A DNA stretch of 64,000 bases from the NCBI GenBank assembly GCA_018654745.1, contig JABILA010000092.1, positions 1,729-65,728 of the forward strand. The letters run 5' to 3'. The notes beneath the pieces are model-generated. The model did no database searches. It was not told the DNA's origin and worked only from the letters and a program-made list of their open reading frames with translations. Shown here piece after piece: positions 1 through 9,605 of this stretch (positions within the stretch are counted from its first letter, which is position 1; each line of letters begins with the position of its first letter). Made by a program: the position numbers and the translations under genes. This stretch comes from Alphaproteobacteria bacterium (lineage in GTDB: Bacteria > Pseudomonadota > Alphaproteobacteria > UBA2966).

Positions 1-267
1 TTCGTGTGATAGTGACACCAACAAGGCATTGATATCCGGCTGTGGCATGGAATGATTTTTGGACGCCTTGCCCGCATAGATTAGCGGTGAATCTTCTGGA
101 ACCAGGTCCATCACTGCGTCTGACACAAGCCGGTCGTAGACAACGACATCAGCCATCGACAAAAGCCGTGCTGCTTTCACCGTCAACAAGTCCGGATCAC
201 CAGGTCCTGCACCAATTAAATAAACTGTTCCCGCTACAGATTTGTCACTCGTCGTCTGATCGCTCAC
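1..267 (-). CDS. cobA: Uroporphyrinogen-III C-methyltransferase (CobA/CysG-A, siroheme synthesis); 5' part only, runs off the left edge
   Basis: Not in the ORF track; translated by hand. GTG at 267 overlaps the dsrN stop (GTGA) and gives MSDQTTSDKSVAGTVYLIGAGPGDPDLLTVKAARLLSMADVVVYDRLVS...YAGK, open to base 1. GAGPGDPxLLTxKA and YDRLV are tetrapyrrole methylase motifs. Confidence 0.9.
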   Translation of the reverse strand, partial: MSDQTTSDKSVAGTVYLIGAGPGDPDLLTVKAARLLSMADVVVYDRLVSDAVMDLVPEDSPLIYAGKASKNHSMPQPDINALLVSLSHE

Positions 268-1691
268 GCGTTTACTCTTTTTTCTGAAGTCACAGTATTT
301 GATTGTTTGACTTGATGGACAAAATTTACAAACCGGTCTGTCCAATGGTTGTCTCTGACATCGCGAAAATGGGCATAACTGGCCAGCAGATTCCGATAGA
401 CAATGCCATCATTGGCACCATCGACACCTGTACCGCGCTTTACCTTATAGGCGTAGCGAATGCCAGGGTCGAGGTTTACCAGGCGCGAATAGTGAAATTC
501 ATGTGCTGGTATTTCAATTTCTGGAGCCGACGGATTCCGTGGCCAAAGGCCGTTTTCAGTTTCTGTCAAACGTACATAACCACGCCCAACCGGTCGATCC
601 TCCATCACAACATCTGCACCTATGACGCCAACCATCTGCGAAGTCTCGCCGCGCCAGGTAATACGCCTGGCAAGATACATCAGGCCGCCACATTCCGCGT
701 AGGCAGGCATGCCATTTTCAATTGCTGTGGCGATTTCCGCCCTGAGAGTCGTGTTTGCCTCCAGTGCCTGCATCCGGGTTTCTGGAAAACCACCACTGAA
801 GACCAACCCATCGACATCAGGCAAGTGGGCATCATTCAAGGCATCGAAGAAAACGAGTTCCGCGCCGGCATTCTCAAGAGCCTGCAGATCGGCTTCATAA
901 TAGAATCCGAACGCAGCATCACGGGCAACGCCAAGACGTACTTTGCCAGAGGTTTTCAAGGAGCCTGTTGTGGTTGTCGGCACAGGTGCAATTTTCGGAT
1001 ATTCTGACTTGAGGTCCCGTGTGATGGACAACAACAGCCCCAAGTCAACATGTTCGGAAATATGATCGGAAATTTGACGAATGCGGCGGTCTGCTTCTTC
1101 ATCTTCATTGGTCGGTGTCAGCCCGATGTGGCGCTCTTCAATTTGCAAGTGGCGAGAGCGATGGACGGCCCCCAATACAGGAATATCTGTGTAATGCCCG
1201 ACGGCCGCATGGAGTTTGCCTTCGTGACGGTCGCCCGCAACCTTGTTCAGGATAACACCGGCAATCTTGAGTGACGGATCAAATGCCTGGTAGCCAAGGA
1301 TCAAAGGTGCCACACCTCTGGTGATCCCTTGCGTATCAATAACCAGAACAACAGGCAGCCCAAGATGATCAGCAAGTGCGCCTGTTGAATCGCTGCCTGC
1401 CGGGTCCATGCCGTCATAGAGGCCCTTGTTACCTTCAACAATTGTAACATCTGCATCTGCAGATGCCTGTGCATAGACTTCACTGATTTCTGCATGCGAC
1501 TGGGTGTAAAAATCCAGATTGTGACAGGCGCGACCAGCGGCCCTTCCCAACCACATCGGATCGATATAGTCCGGTCCTTTCTTGAAGGGTTGCACGATGC
1601 GACCACGCGCTGCAAAAGCGGCGCACAGGCCCAGCGATATCGTCGTCTTTCCGGAGGACTTGTGCGCTGCTGATACCAGGAAGTGTGTCAT
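264..1691 (-). CDS. dsrN: DsrN, siroheme amidase (cobyrinic acid a,c-diamide synthase family)
   Basis: SGKTT P-loop, FKKGPDYIDP, EGNKGLYDG, glutamine amidotransferase motif YAECGGLMYL. Lies at the end of the dsr operon. Likely start ATG 1691 (MTHFLVSAAHK) rather than 1751. Confidence 0.9.
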   Translation of the reverse strand: MTHFLVSAAHKSSGKTTISLGLCAAFAARGRIVQPFKKGPDYIDPMWLGRAAGRACHNLDFYTQSHAEISEVYAQASADADVTIVEGNKGLYDGMDPAGSDSTGALADHLGLPVVLVIDTQGITRGVAPLILGYQAFDPSLKIAGVILNKVAGDRHEGKLHAAVGHYTDIPVLGAVHRSRHLQIEERHIGLTPTNEDEEADRRIRQISDHISEHVDLGLLLSITRDLKSEYPKIAPVPTTTTGSLKTSGKVRLGVARDAAFGFYYEADLQALENAGAELVFFDALNDAHLPDVDGLVFSGGFPETRMQALEANTTLRAEIATAIENGMPAYAECGGLMYLARRITWRGETSQMVGVIGADVVMEDRPVGRGYVRLTETENGLWPRNPSAPEIEIPAHEFHYSRLVNLDPGIRYAYKVKRGTGVDGANDGIVYRNLLASYAHFRDVRDNHWTDRFVNFVHQVKQSNTVTSEKRVNA

Positions 1692-1708
1692 ACCGGAAAA
1701 TTCATTTA

Positions 1709-2719
1709 TCAGGCAGCAGCGCCGAGCTGTCCGCGGTTCCGGGCCAGCCACATAGCCGTAGCTTGCGCCTGTGCATCCGCAGGGTCTGATGTCCGTCCCA
1801 TCGTCGCCAGGGCGAGGGCAACCGTTCCAGTGACAGCCGCTACGGCATAGTCATCTTCCAGTTCATCCCGCCAGACAGCGCCAAGGCGTGCCGTATCCAT
1901 TTCGTCATCATGCGGTTGGCGCGATTCAGGCAACAAAGGCGGCCATTCATGTTCAGACATAACACCATCGTGCAGGGATTTAACGACAAGTGGCTTGTTG
2001 GGCCGACGTTCTATTTCACCGCCCTCACCCTTGAAAACAGACATGTGCTGCAGGCCGATCAACTTCGCGGCCCCTTGATGAGTATCTGTGTAACCCGGAT
2101 GGAAGACCCCCTGGATCATGGCAGACGCATTCAACGGATTGATCATGCGGGCGATGGTATGAACCGGCGAGCGTAAACCCAGCACGGGCCGCAAATCAAT
2201 AATTCGCCTCAGGACCGGCAGCAAGCCCTCCAGCGGCACATAACCAAAATTACTCCTGGCGATGTGTTGACCGGCTTCTGTCAGGGTCGTCGCAACGGGC
2301 AAACCCATGAATTCAAGCGTTTCCCGCGTATACATACGGCCTGGCGTATGACCTTCGGTACCATGCATGAAGATCTTCACACCACTTTGTGCCAACAATA
2401 ATGCTGCAAGGATGAACCAGGGTAGTTGCCGACGCTTGCCAGCATAAGATGACCAGTCGAGATCAACTTTGATCCCCTCAGGCACCTCCAGAGCGTCACG
2501 ACAAGCCTGGACAAACCCGGCGACCTCTTCCGCGGTTTCTTCCTTGTAACGCATCAACATCAGAAATGCGCCGAGCTGAATATCTTCAACTTCCCCAGCC
2601 AGGATCATACGCATGGCATCGTAGGCTTCTTGCTGGGTCAAAGCACGTGAGATCGTGCGGCCGCGGGCAAGAATGCGCACATATGCAGCAAAAGGATGTT
2701 CTTCTCGGTTCGTTGTCAT
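1709..2719 (-). CDS. Glycosyl transferase family 3 protein (YbiB/TrpD2-like), function unknown
   Basis: N-terminal helical domain (LTQQEAYDAM...QLGAFLMLMRYKEET), DWSSYAGKRRQLPW, LGLRSPVHT, KGEGGEIERRP typical of YbiB-like proteins. Likely start 2719. Confidence 0.8.
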   Translation of the reverse strand: MTTNREEHPFAAYVRILARGRTISRALTQQEAYDAMRMILAGEVEDIQLGAFLMLMRYKEETAEEVAGFVQACRDALEVPEGIKVDLDWSSYAGKRRQLPWFILAALLLAQSGVKIFMHGTEGHTPGRMYTRETLEFMGLPVATTLTEAGQHIARSNFGYVPLEGLLPVLRRIIDLRPVLGLRSPVHTIARMINPLNASAMIQGVFHPGYTDTHQGAAKLIGLQHMSVFKGEGGEIERRPNKPLVVKSLHDGVMSEHEWPPLLPESRQPHDDEMDTARLGAVWRDELEDDYAVAAVTGTVALALATMGRTSDPADAQAQATAMWLARNRGQLGAAA

Positions 2720-2779
2720 CTTGAAACCTTGCAAATTTGGAACGTATCAGCGGGCCCCTTTATCGCGGACCAGTATGAT

Positions 2780-3979
2780 TTATGTAGGGTCTGTCTCTGC
2801 GTCTGCCAGTGTTCGTGGCAAAAGGGCAAGGATTTTAACCGCCATTGCAACAATCACCAAGGCCAACGCTACGCCGCCAATACCGAGGCCAATTTCTGGT
2901 AAACTGGGGCTGTAGCTGGCAATAGAGCCGTCCGCAAAACTGCTGCTGACAATCTTGCCGGGGAACAAGACAAGTGGAAATGCCTGACCGCCTATAATAA
3001 TGACATATAGCTGCGCCATGCCTCCAGCGATTACAGATAGAGCTGCCAGGGCAATCGCTTCGCGGCTATCGGCAAAAAGCGGTGTGAATAACAGCACCAG
3101 CGGCAATGCACCACCAATGATGATTTGACCGACCCAGAACAAGGTTGTGTAGATACCGCCATCCAACAGAATAAATCGCTCAACCGCATGATGTTCTGCA
3201 GCATAAATATTTGTCAGATGCTGAACGATGGTAAAATAGAGTACGGCCCCGACAAAAATACCTAACAGGTTTTTCAAACGCCGGACCATGGCTTCACCGA
3301 GTTCACGACCGGTTCCACCAGACGTGAACATAATTACCAGGATGAAGATTGCCAGACCAAAGGCAAATGACATGGCAATGAACAGAGGTGCCATAACGGC
3401 TGCGTCATACGCCTGACGGGCCACCAGAAATCCGAAGATTGATCCGGTACCCGTGGTTAATGCTAGGCGCCAGATAAAGGCCACCATGCCAGCAGGCTTA
3501 CTGAATCTATTCAGGGATCGTTCCATCATCAGCCAGAGATAAACACCAGCGATGGCAATGAAACCCACATAAAGATAGATATTCCAGGCAAAGATGGAAC
3601 GGAAATTATAGGTTGTCATGGCGACGATCAAGCGATCAGGTCGACCCAGATCCAGCACAAGGACACTTAGTCCCCCGACCAATAACGCAATCGCCAGGAC
3701 GACTGACAGCCGGGATAAAGGCTTATAGGCTGTGCGTCCGAATACGGATGAAATTGACGCTACATTCAGGGCACCGGACGCTGCGACAATCAGGAACACA
3801 GCAAAAACATGCGGCATGCCCCAGACGATACGGTTGCTCATGCCGGTAATAACGTGGCCATTATGCTCCATGGTCCAGGCTGAACCCATGCCCAACAGCA
3901 CCAGAATTCCCAATCCCGCAATCAGAGCCAGAAAGGCAGGGCTTCGACCTTCAATACGTTTGTGAATTTCGCGGCTCAT
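2780..3979 (-). CDS. dsrP: DsrP, NrfD/PsrC-family integral membrane subunit of DsrMKJOP
   Basis: Multi-TM protein with WGMPH and DLGRPDRL motifs; directly after dsrO (ATGA overlap). Confidence 0.92.
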   Translation of the reverse strand: MSREIHKRIEGRSPAFLALIAGLGILVLLGMGSAWTMEHNGHVITGMSNRIVWGMPHVFAVFLIVAASGALNVASISSVFGRTAYKPLSRLSVVLAIALLVGGLSVLVLDLGRPDRLIVAMTTYNFRSIFAWNIYLYVGFIAIAGVYLWLMMERSLNRFSKPAGMVAFIWRLALTTGTGSIFGFLVARQAYDAAVMAPLFIAMSFAFGLAIFILVIMFTSGGTGRELGEAMVRRLKNLLGIFVGAVLYFTIVQHLTNIYAAEHHAVERFILLDGGIYTTLFWVGQIIIGGALPLVLLFTPLFADSREAIALAALSVIAGGMAQLYVIIIGGQAFPLVLFPGKIVSSSFADGSIASYSPSLPEIGLGIGGVALALVIVAMAVKILALLPRTLADAETDPT

Positions 3980-4755
3980 GTGTCCAGCCCCAAATAACGT
4001 ACACCCGGTTTCAAACCCAGATCAGACCGGATGGCTTGTGTCGGGTATGTCGCAATTTTTTTGGATATCTCACTTTCAGAATCATTCAGGTCGCCAAATG
4101 TCAGAGCACCCCGTTTCGTTCCACCGCAGGCTTCAACACAGGCTGGCTGCTGTCCTTCATCAACCCGGTGAACGCAAAAAGTGCAGCTTTCAACCGTACC
4201 TTTGCCGCGTGGGGCATGGGTCCGTTGACCGCTGACAGGCTCATGTACAAATGACCTCGCCTGATAGGGACATGCCATCATGCAATACCGGCAACCTATA
4301 CAGCTATGCTTATCGACCAGCACAATTCCATCCGCCCGTTTCATGGAAGCACCGGTTGGACAAACGTCAACACAAGGCGGTTCTTCGCAGTGCTGACACA
4401 TCATGGGCAGGGACTGACTTTTACCTGTACCTGGGTCTGTCACTTTTACCTTGCGTATCCATTGCGCATCTGTTGCGGGATTACCTTCGCCCTGCCAGCC
4501 GTTTTCATCTGCGCAGGCGTCAACGCAAGCGGTGCAACCATCGTCGCACTTGTTGGCATCAACGAGCATACCCCAGCGAACTTTCGAAGAAGCTGCTTCG
4601 CCTTTACCACGCGCCCTGGCCTGGGCTGGTGAAAACAAGGTAACTCCTGGCGCCAGGGTCAATCCCGCAGTCGCACCGGCAGCACTGGCTGCCATGGACG
4701 TCAGAAAACCACGCCGTGATGTAGTATTGCTGTTGCAGCTATTTCCACAAGACAT
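3976..4755 (-). CDS. dsrO: DsrO, periplasmic 4Fe-4S dicluster protein with Tat signal
   Basis: SRRGFL Tat motif; Cys motifs CQHCEEPPCVDVCP, CIGCRYCMMACP, CTFCVH. Confidence 0.93.
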   Translation of the reverse strand: MSCGNSCNSNTTSRRGFLTSMAASAAGATAGLTLAPGVTLFSPAQARARGKGEAASSKVRWGMLVDANKCDDGCTACVDACADENGWQGEGNPATDAQWIRKVKVTDPGTGKSQSLPMMCQHCEEPPCVDVCPTGASMKRADGIVLVDKHSCIGCRYCMMACPYQARSFVHEPVSGQRTHAPRGKGTVESCTFCVHRVDEGQQPACVEACGGTKRGALTFGDLNDSESEISKKIATYPTQAIRSDLGLKPGVRYLGLDT

Positions 4756-4758
4756 GAG

Positions 4759-5229
4759 CTACCCTCCCTCGCAAGTTTGAGCGGATAGATCGCGCCAGGA
4801 CGATAATACATTTGTTGGCGGGTGTTTCTTCGGCAGTTCATTCGCCTGGCGCTTTTTGTCAGGCGTGGACGCATGGCATTCAAAACAATCAAGCTTTACA
4901 GCGACATAGGCATGACAGGTTCGACAGAAATGCTCAGGGTTTTCGTAGGTTACAGGCTTGGCGTCTTTTCCATCGACAGCATGGCAAGCTACACATTCCT
5001 TGAGACTGAATTCATTACCACGTATGCCCTTGCGCAATGTATCGTCGCGCTGATGCTTCAGCAATGACGGGTGGTTCTTGCGCATAAATGAGGTGTCAGC
5101 GACGCACTGGTCGCCTTTGCCTTTTGCAGGTTCAGGAATAGTCACCCGGCCTGCAGCCTCAGCAGACGAAGAAATTGCCACGAATACAAATGTCGCAACC
5201 AGTACCGATATGATGGTGCGCAATGTCAC
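4759..5229 (-). CDS. dsrJ: DsrJ, periplasmic triheme cytochrome c
   Basis: Signal peptide plus three CxxCH motifs (CVACH, CRTCH, CFECH); MRKNHP and LKHQRDDT motifs; sits between dsrL and dsrO. Confidence 0.92.
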   Translation of the reverse strand: MTLRTIISVLVATFVFVAISSSAEAAGRVTIPEPAKGKGDQCVADTSFMRKNHPSLLKHQRDDTLRKGIRGNEFSLKECVACHAVDGKDAKPVTYENPEHFCRTCHAYVAVKLDCFECHASTPDKKRQANELPKKHPPTNVLSSWRDLSAQTCEGG

Positions 5230-5232
5230 GCC

Positions 5233-7188
5233 CTATTCTCCCATACCCATTTCAATATAACCCGACGGGCAGACGTCAGCACATATGTGACAGCCAATGC
5301 ACTTGCCGTAATCCGTATCCACGTAGCGACCAAACACACGTTCGTCCTTGCGATTGCGGAAAACAGCATCCTGTGGGCAATAAACGACGCAATTGTCACA
5401 TTCGAAGCACATGCCGCAACTCATACAACGTTCTGCTTCGGCCCTGGCCTGATCTGTCTCCAGAACATCGATGCGTTCATCAAAATGACCCAGAACAGCA
5501 TCTGGTCCAATATGCTTTTCCGGACGACGATGACGTGCTTCGTAGGCCCAGTGGCCAAGATACAAACGATCTGCCGGGATAATTTCGTGGGCCGAGCGAT
5601 CCTCATAATTATGGACCGCAAAATTGTCATGATCAGTGCCCCGCACTTGTTCATGATTGTATTCTTCTGGCGCCCTGCCGTTGTCCTGAAGTTTGTGCAA
5701 CAGGTTAAAACGATGCACATCGACCTTGGGTCGCCGACCAGGATCTTCACCTTTCAGGAACTGATCAATGCTCTCCACGGCAACGGCTGCGTGGCCGATC
5801 GCCGTTGTCAGCAAATGCGGCTTTATGATATCGCCAGCGACAAAATATCCCGGTTTGTTGGGAATTTCGTAGTTCTTGCCTGCTGTGACCAGGCCCTTGC
5901 CATTGTCGAGGTCTTCCATTCCGGCGAAGTCACCTTGCTGGCCTATGGCACCGACAATGAGGTCACATTCGATATTGAATTCACTGCCTTCAACAACCGT
6001 CATCTGGTTCCCCTCCCAGTTGACTTCTTGCACACGCAAGGCTGTGGCGCGACCATCATCCCCAACGATAACCTCAATCGGGATCAGACTGCCACGAATG
6101 TTCACACCTTCCTGTGTAACGTGTTCGACTTCCATCTTGGTAGCAGGCATTTTTTCCACAGGCCGGCGATAGACTACAGTGACATCTGCGCCCTGGCGTT
6201 TGGCTGCTGTCGCAACATCATGCGCGGTATGCCCCAGCACAATCATTTCGGGGCGGTCTTTTTCTGAAGTATGCGTGATGTGGCCCAAACGACGGGCAAC
6301 CGCTGCCACGTCCATCGCGGTATCTCCGCCGCCAATGACAAGAACCCGTTGAGAGCCAAATTGCAGGCGACCCTGATTGAAGGCTTCCAGGAAGGCGACA
6401 CCTGAAATGCAGTTACTGGCCTTGTCAGCCCCTGGATAGGGCAAAGCGGAGCCTTGTTTGGCACCAATCGCAATGACGATAGCGTCGTAATCATCTTCAA
6501 TCTTCTGCATGGGAATATCCACTCCCACCCGGGTGTTCAAGATAACTTTCACCCCCATATCCGTGATGCGTTTAACTTCGCCATCGAGGACATCCCGAGG
6601 TGTGCGATAGCCAGGGATGCCGTAACGCATCATGCCCCCCAGGCTATCGTGATCATCGAAAATAACAGCCCCGTGGCCAAGGCGGCGCAACTGATACGCT
6701 GCGGCCAGCCCGGCCGGGCCCCCACCTATGATGGCAACCTTCTTGCCGGTGTCCTTGCCAATGTCTTCAAATGTCAATTTTTGACCAAGAGCATAATCTC
6801 CCACAAAATGCTCTATGGAATTTATGCCAACATGCTCTTCAACTTCGTTGCGATTACAACCGTCTTCGCACGGAGCCGGACAGACCCGCCCCATAATTGC
6901 CGGCAACGGATTGGCGTCCGTCATGCGACGGAAAGCATATTCCTCCCAAGGGATGTCAGGGTTTTCCGGCTTTTCAACGCCACGCGCGATACTCAGCCAG
7001 CCGCGGATGTCTTCACCCGCCGGGCAGCTGCCCTGACAAGGGGGCGTACGGTGAACGTAGGTCGGACATTTATAACTTTCGTCGGCGTCAAAAATCTCTT
7101 TTACGAACGGCAGTTGTTCGTCATCACCATCCTTGTAGCGCCGGGTTGTTAATCTGGTTTTGTCCGTATCGTCTGTCGAAATAGTCAT
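5233..7188 (-). CDS. dsrL: DsrL, iron-sulfur flavoprotein NAD(P)H:acceptor oxidoreductase
   Basis: PPCQGSCPAGEDIRGWL, GRVCPAPC, two Rossmann motifs (GGGPAG, GGGDTA), C-terminal 2x[4Fe-4S] (CMSCGMCFECDNC, CIGCHICADVCP). Confidence 0.93.
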   Translation of the reverse strand: MTISTDDTDKTRLTTRRYKDGDDEQLPFVKEIFDADESYKCPTYVHRTPPCQGSCPAGEDIRGWLSIARGVEKPENPDIPWEEYAFRRMTDANPLPAIMGRVCPAPCEDGCNRNEVEEHVGINSIEHFVGDYALGQKLTFEDIGKDTGKKVAIIGGGPAGLAAAYQLRRLGHGAVIFDDHDSLGGMMRYGIPGYRTPRDVLDGEVKRITDMGVKVILNTRVGVDIPMQKIEDDYDAIVIAIGAKQGSALPYPGADKASNCISGVAFLEAFNQGRLQFGSQRVLVIGGGDTAMDVAAVARRLGHITHTSEKDRPEMIVLGHTAHDVATAAKRQGADVTVVYRRPVEKMPATKMEVEHVTQEGVNIRGSLIPIEVIVGDDGRATALRVQEVNWEGNQMTVVEGSEFNIECDLIVGAIGQQGDFAGMEDLDNGKGLVTAGKNYEIPNKPGYFVAGDIIKPHLLTTAIGHAAVAVESIDQFLKGEDPGRRPKVDVHRFNLLHKLQDNGRAPEEYNHEQVRGTDHDNFAVHNYEDRSAHEIIPADRLYLGHWAYEARHRRPEKHIGPDAVLGHFDERIDVLETDQARAEAERCMSCGMCFECDNCVVYCPQDAVFRNRKDERVFGRYVDTDYGKCIGCHICADVCPSGYIEMGMGE

Positions 7189-7206
7189 AATATACGTCCG
7201 CCTCCT

Positions 7207-8784
7207 TTAGCCGTCGATAGCTGCGACTTCATCCTCTGCTTCCAGACTTTCGCCTGCTTCGTCGTCTTCTCCTGTACCGTCGAGTTCTTCTTCCTGAATG
7301 CTGCCTTCGAGAACAATCGCGTTGCTTACCAGCTGGTGCAAACTGACGATGGCATCCATCTCAAGTCCGTAATACGGCATGACTTTGGAGAACTGACTTT
7401 TGCAAATCGCACAGATGGCTGCCATGTGCGTTACACCGTGGTCTTCGACCACAGCATTTAAAGCCTGCATACGTGGCTTGGCCCCTTTGACGCGCAATTC
7501 GGTCAGATCGTCAGTTAGCAAGCCGCCGCCGCCACCACAACAAAATGTGGCTTCGTGAATGGTATCATCTGCCATGTCATGAAAATTATTGCAGACCGCT
7601 TTGATCACGGCACGGGGAATTTCAAACTGCCCGCCAGGTCTGCCACCCATACTGGTTGCCCGGGCGACATTACAGCTGTCATGAAATGTCAGAGTCATCT
7701 CATCATTTGCGGCCTTGTTCAGGCGCAACTTTTCCCGGTTGATCAAATCGTCCGTATATTCGCAAATATGCATGGGCATCGGATACGCCGGATCAAGAAA
7801 GTCAAAAGGCCCGACAAGTGTGTCCCAGAAGCTGTATGCCACCCGCCAGGCATGACCACATTCACCAAGAATGATGCGTTTAACGCCAAGGTCTCGGGCG
7901 GCCTGCCAAATGCGCTGGGCGACTTCCCGCATTTGTTCCTGGCTACCGATGAACATGGCGAAGTTGGCCGCTTCTGAAGCATAGGAACTAATCGTCCAAC
8001 TGGCTCCGGCCGCGTGAAAAACCTTCGCGTAGCCTATCAACCCATCAACATGGGGTTCGGCAAAAAAATCAGCACTTGGCGTAACCAGCAAAATTTCAGC
8101 GCCCTGAACATCCAATGGAAGCTTTACGGCAATGCCGGTTTCTTCTTCGATGTCCTCTTCCAGACCTTCCAGGGTATTTGCAAGGGCGGGTTCAGGCAGT
8201 CCGAGATTGTTTCCAATTTTGTGTAGCTTGCCGATGATCTCGTTGGAATATTTTTGACCAATGCCGATGTGATCCATAATGTCACGGGCCGCCATGGAGA
8301 TTTCGGCGGTATCAATTCCGTAAGGGCAATAAACAGAACAGCGACGACATTGCGAGCACTGGTGAAAATAGCTGTACCAGTCATCCAGAGTTTCTTCCGT
8401 CAGGTCTTCGGCACCCACCAGCCACGGCACATATTTGCCTGCTGTGGTAAAGTTGCGTCGATACACTTTACGAAATAAATCCTGACGGGCGACCGGCATG
8501 TTCTTGGGATCACCGGTACCCAGAAAATAGTGACATTTATCAGTGCAGGCACCGCACTTCACACAACTGTCCAGATAAACCCGCAAGGCACGATTTGTGT
8601 CCAGCAACTCACCCATGCGATCAATGGCTTTTTCTTGCCAGTTCTCAACCAGCTCACCTGGGAAACCAAGGGCTTCCTGGTGAACTGGTGCTGCGACAAA
8701 TGGCTTGGAATGTTCCATAGACCCTGGACACAAAGCAGGCGTCTCAAGAAAATCCTTCAATTCAGGTGTGTCAAAGTCCGCCAT
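7207..8784 (-). CDS. dsrK: DsrK, cytoplasmic Fe-S catalytic subunit (HdrD-like)
   Basis: CVKCGAC, CSQCRRC, CCG-domain motifs (ECGH, HDSC, FCCGGGGG, CAICK); acidic C-terminal tail. Confidence 0.94.
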   Translation of the reverse strand: MADFDTPELKDFLETPALCPGSMEHSKPFVAAPVHQEALGFPGELVENWQEKAIDRMGELLDTNRALRVYLDSCVKCGACTDKCHYFLGTGDPKNMPVARQDLFRKVYRRNFTTAGKYVPWLVGAEDLTEETLDDWYSYFHQCSQCRRCSVYCPYGIDTAEISMAARDIMDHIGIGQKYSNEIIGKLHKIGNNLGLPEPALANTLEGLEEDIEEETGIAVKLPLDVQGAEILLVTPSADFFAEPHVDGLIGYAKVFHAAGASWTISSYASEAANFAMFIGSQEQMREVAQRIWQAARDLGVKRIILGECGHAWRVAYSFWDTLVGPFDFLDPAYPMPMHICEYTDDLINREKLRLNKAANDEMTLTFHDSCNVARATSMGGRPGGQFEIPRAVIKAVCNNFHDMADDTIHEATFCCGGGGGLLTDDLTELRVKGAKPRMQALNAVVEDHGVTHMAAICAICKSQFSKVMPYYGLEMDAIVSLHQLVSNAIVLEGSIQEEELDGTGEDDEAGESLEAEDEVAAIDG

Positions 8785-9521
8785 TACGCCCCCCGCGCCT
8801 GGTTCTCGGCTTCAAAGGCGCCGGGATGGCGTTTCATGCGCACATCATCAGGTTGATTGCGTGACGGACTGAAAAACAAGCCAGGCGCATGCAGCAGTTT
8901 ACTGAACGGGAAAATGATCATCAGACTGATCACAAGGCCAAGATGAATGAGCAAGTTTGCATCTTCAGGCAAGGGCTGCCAATCAAAATACATCAGGCCC
9001 AGCATAAATGCCTTGAGGCCAATGATGTCGGTCGGCGACACAAATTTCATCGAAAGTCCGGTAGCGCCAATGGCCAGAAGCAAAAGCAGGAACAGAATGT
9101 CAGAAGGACTGGTGATGTAGCGCACACGTGCAACAACAAACCGCCGCACCAGTAATCCAGCCAGGCCCAGCATCATGGCAAATCCGGCATAAACACCAAA
9201 GGGCTGGATCAGCACGACCCACCCCCACACAGGTTCCGTGAAATAACGTAAATGCCGCAACAGGGCGACAGCCATAGCGGCATGAAATACCCAGCCAAAA
9301 ATCCAGATCCATTTATTGGATTTGAACAGGCTTTCAAAAATGACTACTTCGCGCAGCATACGCACAACCACCCCTGACCCGTTCATAGGGGCGGGCGTCG
9401 TTGGTATTTTCAGTGGCTGAGGCGTTCGCCAATACTGTCGAATCTTGAACCCCAGACCGACAATCAGGATTGCGGTCGCAACATAAAACAACAGGGCATA
9501 TATAACAGTAACCGTTGGCAT
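8784..9521 (-). CDS. dsrM: DsrM, NarI-like membrane cytochrome b
   Basis: Five-TM NarI-type protein with heme-ligand His (FHAA, LRHL, LIHLG, KLLHAPG). Likely start ATG 9521. Confidence 0.92.
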   Translation of the reverse strand: MPTVTVIYALLFYVATAILIVGLGFKIRQYWRTPQPLKIPTTPAPMNGSGVVVRMLREVVIFESLFKSNKWIWIFGWVFHAAMAVALLRHLRYFTEPVWGWVVLIQPFGVYAGFAMMLGLAGLLVRRFVVARVRYITSPSDILFLLLLLAIGATGLSMKFVSPTDIIGLKAFMLGLMYFDWQPLPEDANLLIHLGLVISLMIIFPFSKLLHAPGLFFSPSRNQPDDVRMKRHPGAFEAENQARGA

Positions 9522-9540
9522 CAGGCGCGAGTCCCTCATC

Positions 9541-9581
9541 GAGGGGGCGGTTGGCAATATAAAATACCGCCCGCCCCCTTC
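9541..9581 (-). other. GC-rich RNA hairpin between dsrC and dsrM (no U-tract)
   Basis: Minus strand GAAGGGGGCGG-GCGGTATTTTATATTGCCAA-CCGCCCCCTC: 9-bp outer stem AGGGGGCGG/CCGCCCCCT plus an inner stem with G-U pairs. Confidence 0.6.
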
Positions 9582-9605
9582 AGATGTTCAGCTTGAATTA
9601 GCGCT

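Noticed and set aside
5287-6267. 326-aa plus-strand ORF (and similar long ORFs at 303-1007, 6454-7152, 11169-11816, 27895-28842, 56969-57895)
   Set aside because: They lie fully antisense to well-supported genes (dsrL, dsrN, dsrB, RND permease, HD-GYP) and show no motifs; typical shadow ORFs.
7207-7320. Acidic C-terminal tail of DsrK
   Set aside because: Short acidic tails are common on DsrK and similar proteins; nothing specific to follow up.
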